DNA from: Mobula hypostoma
Lineage: Eukaryota
Assembly: GCF_963921235.1 (NCBI RefSeq)
Contig: NC_086097.1
Span: forward strand, 254,450,001-254,514,000
DNA: 64,000 bases
Direction: 5' to 3'
The position numbers and the translations under genes were made by a program. Below, one piece after another: positions 24,755-37,814 of this stretch. Position 1 is the stretch's first letter. Every line of letters begins with the position of its first letter. Under the pieces are notes generated by a model that saw only the letters and a program-made list of their open reading frames with translations, was not told where the DNA came from and did no database searches.

Positions 24755-25647
24755 CAGTCCTCAGGTGAGCCACTTTCTCTGGCTAATTTGTATGCTTCTT
24801 CTTTGGAATTGATACTATCCCTAATTTCTCTTCTCAGCCACGGGTGCACTACCTTCCTTGATTTATTCTTTTGCCAAACTGGGATGAACAATTGTTGTAG
24901 TTCATCCATGCAACCTTTAAATGCTTGCCATTGCATATCCACCGTCAATCCTTTAAGTGTCATTTGCCAGTCTATCTTAGCTAATTCACGTCTCATACCT
25001 TCAAAGTTACCCCTCTTTAAGTTCAGAACCTTTGTTTCTGAATTAACTATGTCACTCTCCATCGTAATGAAGAATTCCACCATATTATGGTCACTCTTAC
25101 CCAAGGGGCCTCTCACGACAAGATCGCTAATTAACCCTTCCTCATTGCTCAAAACCCAGTCCAGAATAGCCTGCTCTCTAGTTGGTTCCTCGACATGATG
25201 GTTCAAAAAACCATCCCACATACATTCCAAGAAATCCTCTTCCTCAGCACCTTTACCAATTTGGTTCACCCAATCTACATGTAGATTGAAGTCACCCATT
25301 ATAACTGCTGTTCCTTTATTGCACACATTTCTAATTTCCTGTTTAATACCATCTCCGACCTCACTACTACTGTTAGGTGGCCTGTACACAACTCCCACCA
25401 GCGTCTTCTGCCCTTTAGTGTTACGCAGCTCTACCCATATCGATTCCACATCTTCCCGGCTTATGTCCTTCCTTTCTATTGCGTTAATCTCTTCTTTAAC
25501 CAGCAACGCCACCCCACCTCTCCTTCCTTCATGTCTATCCCTCCTGAATATTGAATATCCCTGAACATTGAGCTCCCATCCCTGGTCACCCTGGAGCCAT
25601 GTCTCTGTGATCCTAACTATATCATAATCATTAATAACAATCTGCAC

Positions 25648-26247
25648 TTATCCCTGACATCTCCTCTGTACCTACTCCCCAGCACCTTAAACCCGTGCCC
25701 TCTTGTGGCAACCATTTCAGCCCTGGGAAAAAGTCTCTGACTATCCACGCAATCAATGCCTCTCATCATTTTATACACCTCTATCAGGTCACCTCTCATC
25801 CTCCGTCGCTCGAAGGAGAAAAGGCTGAGTTCACTCAACTTATTCTGATAAGGCATGCTCCCCAATCCAGGCAACATCCTTGTAAATCTCCTCTGCACCC
25901 CTTCTATGATTTCCACAACCTTCCTGTAGTGAGGCGACCAGAACTGAGCACAGTACTCCAAGTGGGGTCTGACAAGGGTCCTATATAGCCGCATAATTAC
26001 CTCTCGGCTCCTAAATTCAATTCCACGATTAATGAAGGCCAATGCACCCTATGCCTTCTTAACCACAGAGTCAACCTGCGCAGCAGCTTTGAGCGTCCTA
26101 TGGACTCGGACCCCAAGAGCCCTCTGATCCTCCACACTGCCAAGTGTCTTACCATTAATACTATATTCTGCCATCATATTTGACCTACTAAAATGAACCA
26201 ACTCACACTTATCTGGGTTGAACTCCATCTGCCACTTCTCAGCCCAG
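25648..26247 (-). mobile_element. CR1 ORF2 C-terminal fragment
   Basis: ORF 25617-26042 contains AFINRGIEFRS...HLEYCAQFWSP. Confidence 0.85.
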
Positions 26248-26865
26248 ATAATTGCGAAGAAAGCACGGCAGCACCTCTACTTCCTTAGGAGTTTCGGCAT
26301 GACATCAAAAGCTTTGACAAACTTCTGTAGGTGTTTAGTGGAGATTGTATTGACTGGTGGCTTCACGGCCAAGCATGGAAATACCAATATTTGCACAACA
26401 GAGAAGCCTGCAAAAGGTAGTTGATTTAGCCCAGTACGTCACGGGTAAAGCCCTCCCAACCACTGAGCACATCTGCATGAAACACAGTCATAGGAAAGCA
26501 GCATCCATCATCAGAGATCCCCACCACCCAGGCCATGCTCTCTTCTCGCTGCTGCCATCACGTAGAAGGTACAAGTGCCTCAGATCTCGCACCACCAGGT
26601 TCAAGAACAGTTACTATCCCTCCACCATCAGGCTCTTGAACAAAGGGGATAACTACACTCACTTGCCCATCCATGGAGATGTTCCCACAACCAATGATCA
26701 CACTTTAAGGGCTCTTTATCTTGTTATTTCATACTCTAGTTAAATTTTGCTATTTATTTATATTTGCATTTGCAGTTGTCTCCTGCACTCTACTTGACCT
26801 TTCATTGATCATTACTATCCTATATAATTTGCTGAGAATGCCTGCGAGAAAAGTCGTCCCAGGAT
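26248..26865 (+). mobile_element. Rex1/Babar-like LINE 3' end
   Basis: KKARQHLYFLR and DPHHPGHALFSLLPS...RFKNSYYP. Confidence 0.75.
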
Positions 26866-27409
26866 TGTACATGGACTGGACCCCGGCACCTGGGAGGCAA
26901 ACTACCACCCTAGTTTCTTTCCTGCGTCCACAGAATCGCCTGTCTGACCCCCTAATTACAGAGTCCCCTATCACTGCTGCCATCCTCTTCCCTCCCCTAC
27001 CCTTCCGAGCCACAGGGCCAGACTCTGTGCCAGAGGCGCGGCCACTGTCGCTTCCCCCAGGTAGGCCGTCCCCCCAACAGTACTCAAACAGGGGTACTTA
27101 TTGTCAAGGGGGACAGCCACAGGGGTACTCTCTGTCACCTCTCATCCTCATTTGTTCCCAAGAGAAAAGCCCTAGCTCGTACAACTTCCTCCCCAGGTAA
27201 GTCTCCTCTGCACCCTCTCTGAAGGTTCAAGGTGTGTTTGGTGTTGAATGGGATCTGGGATCAGCCTTGATGGAACGACAGAGCAGACTCGATTGGCTGT
27301 AAGGCCTAATTCTGCTCCTACGTCTTACAGTCTCATGGTCTTATGGATCCTTAGGTCAAAGACATAGTGCCCACCTCATAAAGCTACTGTAACATCAATC
27401 AGGCTTCAA

Positions 27410-28005
27410 CACAAGGAAATCCAGAGTAACACACACTAAATGCTGGAGGCACTCAGCAGGTCAAGCAACATCTATGAAGCTTAATGTACAGTTGACGTTT
27501 TGGACTGAGACCCTTCATCAGAACTGAAAAGGAAAGGGGAATGAGCCAGAATAAGAAGGTGGGGGAGGGAAGGAATTCAAGCTAGAAGGTGACCGGTGAA
27601 GGCAGGTGGATTCCACAATCAGGCTCTCCTCTTACCCTTACTCATCCCCTCACCTACCCACTACCTCTCCTGCTGTCCCTCTTCCTCTCCTTTCTCCCTT
27701 AGTTCAACCTCCTCTCCTAACAGATTCCTTCTTCTTCAGCCCTTTACCTTTTCACCTATCACCTCCCAGCTTCTGACTTCACTCACCCCCTCCTCCCCTC
27801 CCACCTCCCAGCTTCTGACTTCACTCACCCCCTCCTCCCCTCCCACCTCCCAGCTTCTGACTTCACTCACCCCCTCCTCCCCTCCCACCTTCCAGCTTGC
27901 CCTCCTTCCTCTTCCCCCACCTTCTTGTCAGGCATCCACCCCCCTCCTTTCCTGAACTGTCAGTTGTTTATGCCCCTCTATAGATGCTGCCTGATTTGCT
28001 CCATT
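27410..28005. mobile_element. Inverted pair of Penelope-type 3' ends
   Basis: Minus copy ~27410-27600 (mutated hammerhead at 27490-27525); plus copy ~27620-28005 ending agatgctgcctga. Confidence 0.65.
27761..27892. repeat. 42-bp tandem repeat, 3 copies
   Basis: acctcccagcttctgacttcactcaccccctcctcccctccc repeated exactly. Confidence 0.9.
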
Positions 28006-28029
28006 TTATTTTATTTTAAATTATTTATG

Positions 28030-28285
28030 ACAGGCCCTTCTGGCCCACTGAGCTGCACGGCCCAACAGCCCACCGATTTAACCCGCACCTAGTCACACGG
28101 CAATTTACAACGACCAACTAATCCACACGGTAGTATGTCTTTGGACTGTGGGAGGAAGCTGGAGCACCTGGAAGAAACCCACACACACAAGAAGGAATGT
28201 ACACACTTGCTTACAGAAGAAGTTGAAATTGAACTCTAAGCTCCAAAGCCCTGAGCAGTAATAGCATCATACTAACCACTATGTT
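28030..28285 (-). mobile_element. tRNA-derived SINE, HE1/V-SINE-like
   Basis: Degenerate A/B boxes (tagtggttag; gagttcaatt) and core gggtttcttccaggtgctccagcttcctcccacagtccaaagac. Related copies at ~35925-36055(+), ~43040-43215(-), ~56750-56890(-) and ~63040-63250(+). Confidence 0.65.
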
Positions 28286-28405
28286 CCAAAACTTTGTGTG
28301 TGTTACTAAGTGAACATGCTTATCTTTAAAGCTGTTGCAGTCATGTACAAAAGCCATCGATCTCCTTGGACCCATAGGCACTAAAGGCAGTGGTCGAAAA
28401 CTCAC

Positions 28406-28511
28406 CTTGCCATTTGCACCCAGTTCCACTCCTTCCAGACCAACCACCATCTCCTTGGCACTGATTCCTCCGGAAGGATGCCTTGGCCTCGCACCCTCCG
28501 CTTGCATCTCC
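28406..28511 (-). CDS. CABLES1: CABLES1 internal coding exon (106 nt, phase 2 to 0)
   Basis: Acceptor ctctggtttcag|G, donor AAG|gtgagt. Translates (G)EMQAEGARPRHPSGGISAKEMVVGLEGVELGANGK, with the CABLES motif LEGVELGAxGK; joins in frame to TVSYTQF. Confidence 0.93.
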
Positions 28512-29099
28512 CTGAAACCAGAGTGAATAAACATCATTTCAATTACAAAGTTCCACAACTTCCACTCGAACCTCCTGCACATTCACTGATGTTGCATCAA
28601 AACTGAGGGAGATTTTGATTCATGGTCAAGAGAACCACATTTGTGTTTAATTAATCAGCTAGTTGGTGTGGCAGCAACCACCTTGCACTCAACTAGAAAG
28701 CTGATGGCGGACTTCAGAAAGGGCAAGACGAGGGAACACGGACCAGTCCTCACAGAGCGATCAGAAGTGAAGAGCGTGAGCAATTTTACGTTCCTGTGTG
28801 CTAATATCTCTGAGAACTCACACTGGTCCCTACATACTGATGCAGCTGTAAAGAGCACGAGACAGTGGATATATCTCATTAGGAGTTTGAGGCAATTTGG
28901 CATATCACCGAAAACTCTTGAAAATTTCTACAGATGTACCGTGGAGAGCATTCTGACTGGCTGCATCACCGTCTCAACTTCCTTCCCAACTCCCTGTAGT
29001 CTTTTTTCAGGATCTCTTCCCAAGTCCCGGTGTTGGTCAATGCTGCCACCTCAGGCACTGTGAGGTGTCTGTAGCCCCTCACTGTTTGGTGAGATAAGA

Positions 29100-29520
29100 G
29101 GCAGGGCACCTGGAGTGTCACTTCCTTCCTTCCAGCCTCGCTGGCTTGGTGGTGGCTGAGGGCCAATACGATGTCAGCTGGTCCCAGTACAGCATGATTG
29201 CTTTCTGCCACACAGGAAACCGCACCCGGTACACACGTTGGAGATGCGGTGCAGCACCTCTCTCGTCCCTTCCAGTGGCTTCCAAGCTTGGAGGGGTAGT
29301 CCATTTCTCCGGAAGGTAAGTACACCCACACCAGGTACTGCAGCATTGGGGCCCTTCACAGCAGTGCACATCCTGCCTTTACCCAGGTCAACAGAAGGAT
29401 TCACACAGCATCCCCAACGTCTTTGTGACCACAAAATAGCCAGCCGTCACCAGCTCATGCACGGCCACAGTATGTTGCACGCAGTCCCCGGGGGATGACC
29501 CTGCAGCAGAAGTCTGTGCC
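29100..29520 (-). pseudogene. Old degraded Gypsy integrase relic
   Basis: Across frames: VHELVTAGYFVVTKTL...FC*PG (HHCC region), then SKLGSHWKG and VYRVRFP (IN C-terminus). The DDE core is missing. Confidence 0.5.
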
Positions 29521-31023
29521 CTTGGAAAACTAATACCACCAGATCAGCAGCCCACCAGCACCACTGGAAAATGATGCTGCTGAGGTAGTAATGGGAGACA
29601 AAGAAATGGCAGATAAACTTAATGAGAACTTTACATCTGTCTTCACTGTGGAAGACACTAGCAGTGTGCCGGAGGTCCGTGAGTGTCAGGGAGCAGGAGT
29701 GAGTGCCATTGCTATTACAGAGGAAAAAGTGTTAGGCAAACTCAAAGGTCTAAGGTGGATAAGTCACCTGGCCCAGATGGATACATCCCTGAGTCCTGAG
29801 AGAGGTTGCTGAAGAAGTAACAGATGCATTAGTCCTGATCTTTCAGGAATGACTTGCTTCTGGCATAGTCCTGGAGAATTGTAAGATTGCAAATGTCATT
29901 GCACCCTTTAAGAAGGGTTAAGAACCCTAATGCGAGGAAGGCAAAAGAAAGAAGTTATAGGCCTGTTAGCCTAACCTCAGTGGCTGGGAAAGTGTTGGAG
30001 TCTGTTATTAAGGATGAGGTACTCACTGGAATTTAGAAGAATGCAAAGGGATCTCATTGAAACCTCCAGTAAACACTGATGCAAAATATTTATTCAGTTC
30101 ATCCACCATTCCTTTGTTCCCTATTGCTACCTATCCAGTGTTATTTTCCAGCGGTCCGATATCTATTCTCACCTCTCTTTTACACTTTATATATCTGAAG
30201 AAACTTTCGGAATCATAGAAAAAGTACAGCACAGAAACAGGCCCTTCAGCCCATCTAGTCCATGCCGAACCATTGAAATTGCCTTCTCCCATCGACCTGC
30301 ACCCGGACCTCAGTCCTCCAAATCCCTCCCATCCATGTACCTATCCAAACTTCTCTTAAATGTTGAAATCGAGCCCGCATGCACCACTTGTGCTGGCAGC
30401 TCATTCTGCACTCCAACAAACTTGCAAGTAAAGCAGTTTCCCGTCATGTTCCCCTTAAACTTTTCCCCTTTCATCCTTATCCCATGACATCTGATGGTAG
30501 TCCCACCTAATCTCAGTGGAAAAAAGCTGCTTGCATTTACCCGGCTTTTTCTTTCATAATTTTGTATACTTCTGTCAAATCTCCTCTCAATCTTCAATCT
30601 TCCAAGGAATAAAGTCCTAACTTATTTAATTTTTCCTTATAACTCAGGTCTTCTGGAAAATTTACATCCTTGTAAATTGTCTCTGTACTCTTTCAACCTC
30701 GTTTACATCTTTCCTGTAGGTAGGTGACCAAAACTACACACAATTCTCTAAATTAGACCTCAGAAATGTCTTATATAACTTCAACATAGCATCCTATCTC
30801 CTCTACTTAACATCTACAGACTCCAGAGCCTGCCGGCCCCGACGCTAGCAGGCATGAACTTTCAATTGCGGCTCCTGCCATTGATCTCGGCGGCTCCAAC
30901 ACCTCAGGACATATTCAAAACCCGGACTCCAGCAACGACCATGGACACATTCGAAGTGATTGCACAACCACCAACTGCGACTCCAGCCTTGAACTCCAGA
31001 CCGGGTCTTTATGTGCTGCTGTT

Positions 31024-33602
31024 GTGACTCCCGTCTCCCCTTCCCCCACCACAACTCTGCAACTCCGTCTTCCTCAGATCCCACCGTCAGCTCCTGGGTC
31101 CTCAGAGGCTCCATCTTCCTCTCACCCCAACCCTCCCCTCTCCATTGACACCCCCAGCCTCCACCCTCCCCCCTCTGATCCCAGCTCTCAAGATTCCAGC
31201 CTTGAACTCCCGGCCGGTTCTTTATGTGCTGCTGTTGTGACTCCCGTCTCCCCTTCCCCCACCAATACTCTGAAATCCCGTCTCCCTCAGATCCCACCGT
31301 CAGCTCCTGGGCCCTCAGAGGCTCCATCTTCCTCTCACCCCAACCCTCCCCTCACCATTGACACCCCCAGCCTCCCCCCTCCCCCCTCCGATCCCAGCTC
31401 TCATCCATGCCGGGTCTTTACCATCCCCTCCGACCTTCAACTGTCGGAGGCAGAACGCTCTGTTCTCAGTAAGGGCCTCACGTTTGTCCCCCTTCGCCCA
31501 CACCTCAGCGAGTTCCGTGTTCGCCATGATGCGGAACTTTTCTTCCGCCGTCTCCGTCTCCGAGCCTACTTCTTCGGCAAGGACTCTTCCACCCCCACCG
31601 ATGACCCCTTCTCCCGTCTTCAACCCTCCTCTTCTTCATGGACACCCCGCTCTGGTCTTCTGCCTGCTCTGGATCTCTTTATTGCTAACTGCCGACGGGA
31701 CATCAACCATCTCGACTTCACCGCACCTTGTCCCCATTCCAACCTCACTCCTTCGGAACGCTCTGCTCTCCACTCCCTCCACACTAATCCTAACCTTATT
31801 ATTAAACCCGCTGATAAGGGGGGTGCTGTTGTAGTCTGGTGTACTGACCTCTACCTTGCCGAGGCGCAGCGACAACTCGCGGATACCTCCTCTTATTTAC
31901 CCCTCGATCGTGACCCCACTAAGGAGCACCAGGCCATTGTCTCCCACACTATCACCGACTTTATCCGCTCAGGGGATCTCCCATCCACTGCTACCAACCT
32001 TATAGTTCCCACACCCCGCACTTCCCGTTTCTACCTCCTACCCAAGATCCACAAACCTGCCTGTCCTGGCCGACCTATTGTCTCAGCTTGCTCCTGCCCC
32101 ACCGAACTCGTTTCTGCATACCTCGACACTGTTTTATCACCCCTTGTTCAATCCCTTCCGACCTATGTTCGTGACACTTCTCACGCTCTTAAACTTTTCG
32201 ATGATTTTAAGTTCCCTGGCCCCCACCGCTTTATTTTCACCATGGATGTCCAGTCCTTATATACTTCCATCCCCCATCAGGAAGGTCTCAAAGCTCTATG
32301 CTTTTTTTTGGATTCCAGACCTAATCAGTTCCCCTCTACCACCACTCTGCTCCGTCTAGCGGAATTAGTCCTTACTCTTAATAATTTCTCCTTTTGCTCC
32401 TCCCATTTCCTCCAAACTAAAGGTGTAGCTATGGGCACCCGTATGGGTCCTAGCTATGCCTGCCTTTTTGTTGGGTTTGTGGAACAATCTATGTTCCATG
32501 CCTATTCTGGTATCTGTCCCCCACTTTTCCTTCGCTACATCGACGACTGCATTGGCGCTGCTTCCTGCACGCATGCAGAACTCGTTGACTTTATTAACTT
32601 TGCCTCCAACTTTCACCCTGCCCTCAAGTTTACCTGGTCCATTTCTGACACCTCCCTCCCCTTTCTAGATCTTTCTGTCTCTGTCTCTGGAGACAGCTTA
32701 TCCACTGATGTCTACTATAAGCCTACTGACTCTCACAGCTATCTGGACTATTCCTCTTCTCACCCTGTCTCTTGCAAAAACGCCATCCCCTTCTCGCAAT
32801 TCCTCCGTCTCCGCCGCATCTGCTCTCAGGATGAGGCTTTTCATTCTAGGCCGAGGGAGATGTCTTCATTTTTTAAAGAAAGGAGCTTCCCTTCCTCCAC
32901 TATCAACTCTGCTCTTAAACGCATCTCCCCCATTTCACGTACATCTGCTCTCACTCCATCCTCCCACCACCCCACTAGGAATAGGGTTCCCCTGGTCCTC
33001 ACCTACCACCCCACCAGCCTCCGGGTCCAACATATTATTCTCCGTAACTTCCGCCACCTCCAACGGGATCCCACCACTAAGCATATCTTTCCCTCCCCCC
33101 CCTCTCTGCATTCCGCAGGGATCGCTCCCTACACAACTCCCTTGTCCATTCGTCCCCCCCATCCCTCCCCACTGATCTCCCTCCTGGCACTTATCCGTGT
33201 AAGCGGAACAAGTGCTACACATGCCCTTACACTTCCTCCCTTACCACCATTCAGGGCCCCAAACAGTCCTTCCAGGTGAGGCATCACTTCACCTGTGAGT
33301 CGACTGGGGTGATATACTGCGTCCGGTGCTCCCGATGTGGCCTTTTATATATTGGTGAGACCCGACGCAGACTGGGAGACCGCTTTGCTGAACATCTACG
33401 CTCTGTCCGCCAGAGAAAGCAGGATCTCCCAGTGGCCACACATTTTAATTCCACATCCCATTCCCATTCTGACATGTCTATCCACGGCCTCCTTTACTGT
33501 AAAGATGAAGCCACACTCAGGTTGGAGGAACAACACCTTATATTCCGTCTGGGTAGCCTCCAACCTGATGGCATGAACATCGACTTCTCTAACTTCCGCT
33601 AA
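31024..33602 (+). pseudogene. PLE RT plus GIY-YIG endonuclease ORF with one frameshift near the C-run at ~33091-33103
   Basis: KPADKGG, LPKIHK, GRPIVS, MDVQSLYT, GVAMG, RYIDD and FLDL; then a CKRNKCYTC linker and VIYCVRCSRCGLLYIGETRRRLGDRFAEH in another frame. Confidence 0.9.
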
Positions 33603-33900
33603 GGCCCCACCTCCCCCTCGTACCCCATCTGTTACTCATTTTTATGCACACATTCTTTCTCTCACTCTCCTTTTTCTCCCTCTGTCCCTCTGAATATACC
33701 TCTTGCCCATCCTCTGGGTCAACCCCCCCCCACTTGTCTTTCTTCCCGGACCTCCTGTCCCATGATCCTCTCGTATCCCCTTTTGCCTATCACCTGTCCA
33801 GCTCTCGGCTCTATCCCTCCCCCTCCTGTCTTCTCCTATCATTTTGCATCTCCCCCTCCCCCTCCAGCTTTCAAATCCCTTACTCACTCTTCCTTCAGTT

Positions 33901-33936
33901 AGTCCTGACGAAGGGTCTCGGCCTGAAACGTCGACT
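33901..33936 (+). ncRNA. Minimal type I hammerhead ribozyme motif, intact core
   Basis: AGUC/GACU stem I, CUGACGA, short stem II, GAAA, palindromic ACGU stem III, and GUC cleavage triplet at 33930-33932. Confidence 0.82.
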
Positions 33937-35129
33937 GCGCCTCTTCCTATAGATGCTGCTTGGCCTGCTGCGTTCACCAGCAACTTTGATGTATGTTCCT
34001 CTACTTAACACTTTGATTTATGCAGGCCAATGTGCCAAAAGCTTTCTTTATGACCCTATCTACCTGTGACACCACTTTCGATGAATTATGGACCTGTATT
34101 CCCAGATCCCTTTATTTTACCGCACTCCTCTGTACCCTGCTGTTCACTGTGTAAGACCTACCCTGGTTAGACCTACTGAGGTGTAACACCTTGCACTTAA
34201 GAAATAGGAGCAGGAGTCGGCCATCTCGCCCGTCGAGCCTGCTCCATCATTCAATAAGATCATGTCTGATTTGGCCACGGACTCATCTCCACCTACCTGC
34301 CTTTTCCCCATAACCCTTAATACACTTGGCTGTATTCAATTCCATTTGGCATTTTTCAGACCATTTTTCCAGATAATCCACATCCCTTTACATGCGAATG
34401 ATAGCCTTCCTCACTGTCTACTACACCTCAACCTTGGTGTAATCAACCACATTATCATTAGACTGTTGATATATATGACAAACAACAAGCATTGATCCCT
34501 GTGGCACCCCACTAGTCGCAGGCCTTCAGTCAGAGAGAAAACCATCTACTACCACTCTCTGGCTTCTCCCACAAAGCCAACGTCTAATCCAATTTACTAC
34601 CTCATCTTGAATACTGAGTGACTGAACCTTCTCGACCAACCTCCCCTCAGGTCCTTGTCAAAGGCTTTGCTGAAGTGCCTTCTTTTATATTTTTGTCTAG
34701 CTTACCCTTGTATTTCATCTATTCTCTCCTGATGGTTTTTTCAGTTGCCATCTGTTGATTTTTAAGCTTCCCACTCATTTTTGCTATATTATACCCCCTC
34801 TCCTTTGCTTTTATGATGTCTTTCGCTTCCCATGTCATCCAATATTGTCGCATCCTCCCATTAGAATACCTCTTCATCTTTGGGATGTACCTATCCTGTG
34901 CCTTCCAAATTGCCCCCAGAAATACCACCCATTACTGTGCTGCCATCATCCCTGCTAGTGACTCCTTCCAGTCAACTTTGGCCAGCTCCTCTCTCATACC
35001 TCTGTAATTCCCTTCATTCCACTGTAATATACATCTGACTTTATCTTCTCCCTTACAAACTGTAGGATGAATTCTATCATATTACAATAGATCCAGTCCA
35101 ACCACCAAAGAAATGATGCACAAAGCAGA

Positions 35130-35730
35130 TGGAATTTCATGCAGGCAAGTAAAAGGTGCTGCACTTAGGGAGGACAAACCAGGGTAGGTCTTACACAGTG
35201 AACAGTAGGACACTGAAGAGTACGGCAGAATAAAGAGATCTTGGAATACAGATCCATATTTCCTTGAAAGTGGCATCACAGGTAGATAGGGTTGCAAAGG
35301 AAACTTCTAGAACATTAGCCTTCATAAATCAAAGTACTGAGTATAGGGGATGGGATGTTATTTTGAAGTCGTATAAGACATTGGCGACACTTAATTTGGA
35401 GTACTGTGTGCAGTTTTGGCCTAAGGTTGAAAGAGTACAGAGAAAATTTGCAAGGATGATGCCGGGAGTAGAGGACCTGAGTTATAGGGAAAGATTGACT
35501 TGGTTGGGACTTCATTCCCGAGTACATACAAGAATGAGGGAAGGTTTGATAGAAGTATACAAGATTATGAGGGGTATAGATAGGGTAAAGGCAAGCAAGT
35601 GCTTTCCACTGAGGTTGGGTGAGACCTTGTCAAAGGTCAAAGGTCATGGGTTAAGGGCGAAAGGTGAAAAGCTTAAGTGGAAGATGAGGGTGGACCTCTT
35701 CACTCAGAGGGTGGTGAGAGTGGGGAACAT
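35130..35730 (+). mobile_element. CR1 ORF2 C-terminal fragment
   Basis: LNLEYCVQFW...KVERVQRKF. Confidence 0.8.
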
Positions 35731-37814
35731 GTTAGGGTTCCTCCAGTTCAGAGGAGAAAGCCAGCAGCTGCTGGGGCTTCTTAATGTTGCACGACGACCG
35801 CAGTGTCAGGCTGCTCATGGCATCGGGCACTCACAGTCCAGACTCGTGTGAGAAGAATTATAACCACAACAAGTTCAAAATCTCATTCTCCATTGAAAGG
35901 GATGGCACTAACGAGGGAAACAAGGGGGTAGTGTAGCGGTTAGCAGAGTCAGCAACCTGAGTTCAATTCCCGCCATTGTCCTTCAGGAGTTTGTACGTTC
36001 TCCACCTGACTGCAAGCATTTCTTCTAGGTGCTCCACTTTCCTCCCTCTGCCAAAGTTCAAAGTAAACTTATCTTCAATTTGCATGTGTCACCATGCACA
36101 ACCTTGAGATTCATTTTCTTGTGGGCATTCACAGTAAATAGAAGAAACACAGTAGAATCAATGGAAGACCACACCAACAGGACAGAGAACAACCAATGTA
36201 TAAAAAATGCTACAAACTGCGCAAATGGTAAAGGAAAGAGGTAAAAAAGAAATAGTAATATTAATAAATGAGCAATAGATATCGAGAATATGAGATGACT
36301 GTTTATTCCCCTTCATAGATGCCACCTGACTTGCTAAGTTACTCCAGCATTTGCTGTGTATAACGTTTTAAAGACACTGTATATAGTTCTGCAATTTTTC
36401 AATGAGTTAATGTAGTCAATTTTCTTTAAATGCATCTAAATCCTATTCGGTGCATTGATGGATTTTTCTCCTGAGCAGATCACAGGTTTGCATTGTTTGT
36501 GTTCCCTGCTCCCTACTTCCCCTTATTTTTGAAGGGTCAAACCCCTGTGAATTTGGGTCACAGTGATGTGGACAGCTCTGTTTCTGTTGGCTCTGGCTCT
36601 GTAGCTTTGAAAGCAGAGCTCTGACTGTGACATCCAGAAAGAGTGCACAGTCCAGTCACTGGAGGAATGATGCACAGCGCCATCCGATCACTTCCTATTG
36701 TTTAGTCTAGACAGGAACCCATGGATCAGCACGGTAGGCAGTCAGTAAATCTCCCATGACATTCCTGTCACTGCCCCAAAACATCAGGCTTGTGTTTAAC
36801 ATGATAACATGCAGAGAATGATAAAATCTTAACACTCACGCTTAAGGATAACTAATTAATTACATTGCCCAGTTGTCACTAAGGCCAGTTATCTCATAAT
36901 GAAGTACCAGTGACGGTGGGTATTCCAGAAACAGATTTCACTTGGATAACAAGACTATAAGACAAAGGAGCAGAATTAGGCCATTCGGCCCATTGAATCT
37001 ATTATCTCTCTATCCCATTCTTCTGCTCTTCTCCCTATAACATTTGATGCCCTGACTAATGAAGAGCCTATCCACCTCTGCCTTAAATACACGCAATGAC
37101 TTGGCCTCCACAGCTGCCTGTGGCAATGAATACCACAGATTCACCACCCTCTGGCTAAAGAAATTCCTCCTCAACTCTGTTCTAAATGGACGCTCTTCTC
37201 TATTCTGATGCTGTGACCTCTGGTCCTAGAATCTCCCACTGTTGGAACCATCCTCTCCACATCTACTCTGTCTAGGCCTTATAATATTCAATAGGATTCA
37301 ATGAGATCCCCCCCGCCCCCCGTCATTCTTCTAAACTCCAGAGCCAGAGTCATTGAATACTGCTCTTACCCTAACCCTATCACAATTGTAAAATGTTCCC
37401 AGTATTGAAAGTGTTGCATGGAGCTGTTTTTTAATCCCACTACAGAAAGTCTGCGCACCAATTGTTGTTATCTTATTCGTAGACCATTAGACCCAGGAGC
37501 AGAAAAAGGCTACTCTGTCCATCAAGTCTGCTCCGCCATTCCATTATGGCTGATCCCGGATCCACCTCAACCCCGTATGCCTACCTTCTCAACATATCCT
37601 TTGATGCTCTGACCGATCAGGAAATGTTCAACTTCTGCCTTAAATATACCCATGGACTTGGCTCCACCACAGTCTGTGGCAGACCATTCCACAGATTCAC
37701 TACTCTCTGGCTAGTGATTACATTTCTTTGTATGATTCTGGAAGCTTTTTTGGATCACACGTTTGGAATTAGGGCTCTCAGATGGGTTAACTAATAACTC
37801 TGATACACTAATTT

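Larger units (their letters stand above)
17927..25647 (-). mobile_element. CR1 LINE ORF2 (EN to tail) interrupted by the LTR element
   Basis: EN part 24759-25647 ends ...ESGSPED; the frame resumes WEKFRVQQRR below 19872; RT ORFs 19006-19521 and 18021-18755; (catagaaa)n tail near 17927-17949. Confidence 0.92.
30813..33996 (+). mobile_element. Penelope-like retroelement (probably Neptune-type), near-complete coding region
   Basis: RT plus GIY-YIG, 3' hammerhead, and a 14-bp TSD tcctctacttaaca (30799-30812 and 33997-34010). Confidence 0.93.
30213..34198 (-). mobile_element. CR1 3' fragment split by the Penelope insertion (30213-30812 and 34011-34198)
   Basis: CR1 C-terminal sequence continues across the duplicated site tcctctacttaaca. 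Confidence 0.75.

Noticed and set aside
24652..25647. Apparent endonuclease-LTR fusion ORF, and other chimeric ORFs (43845-44465, 51842-52693)
   Set aside because: Chance read-through across insertion junctions.
28211..28582. 123-aa ORF as a stand-alone gene
   Set aside because: Only 28406-28511 is exon; the rest is intron read-through.
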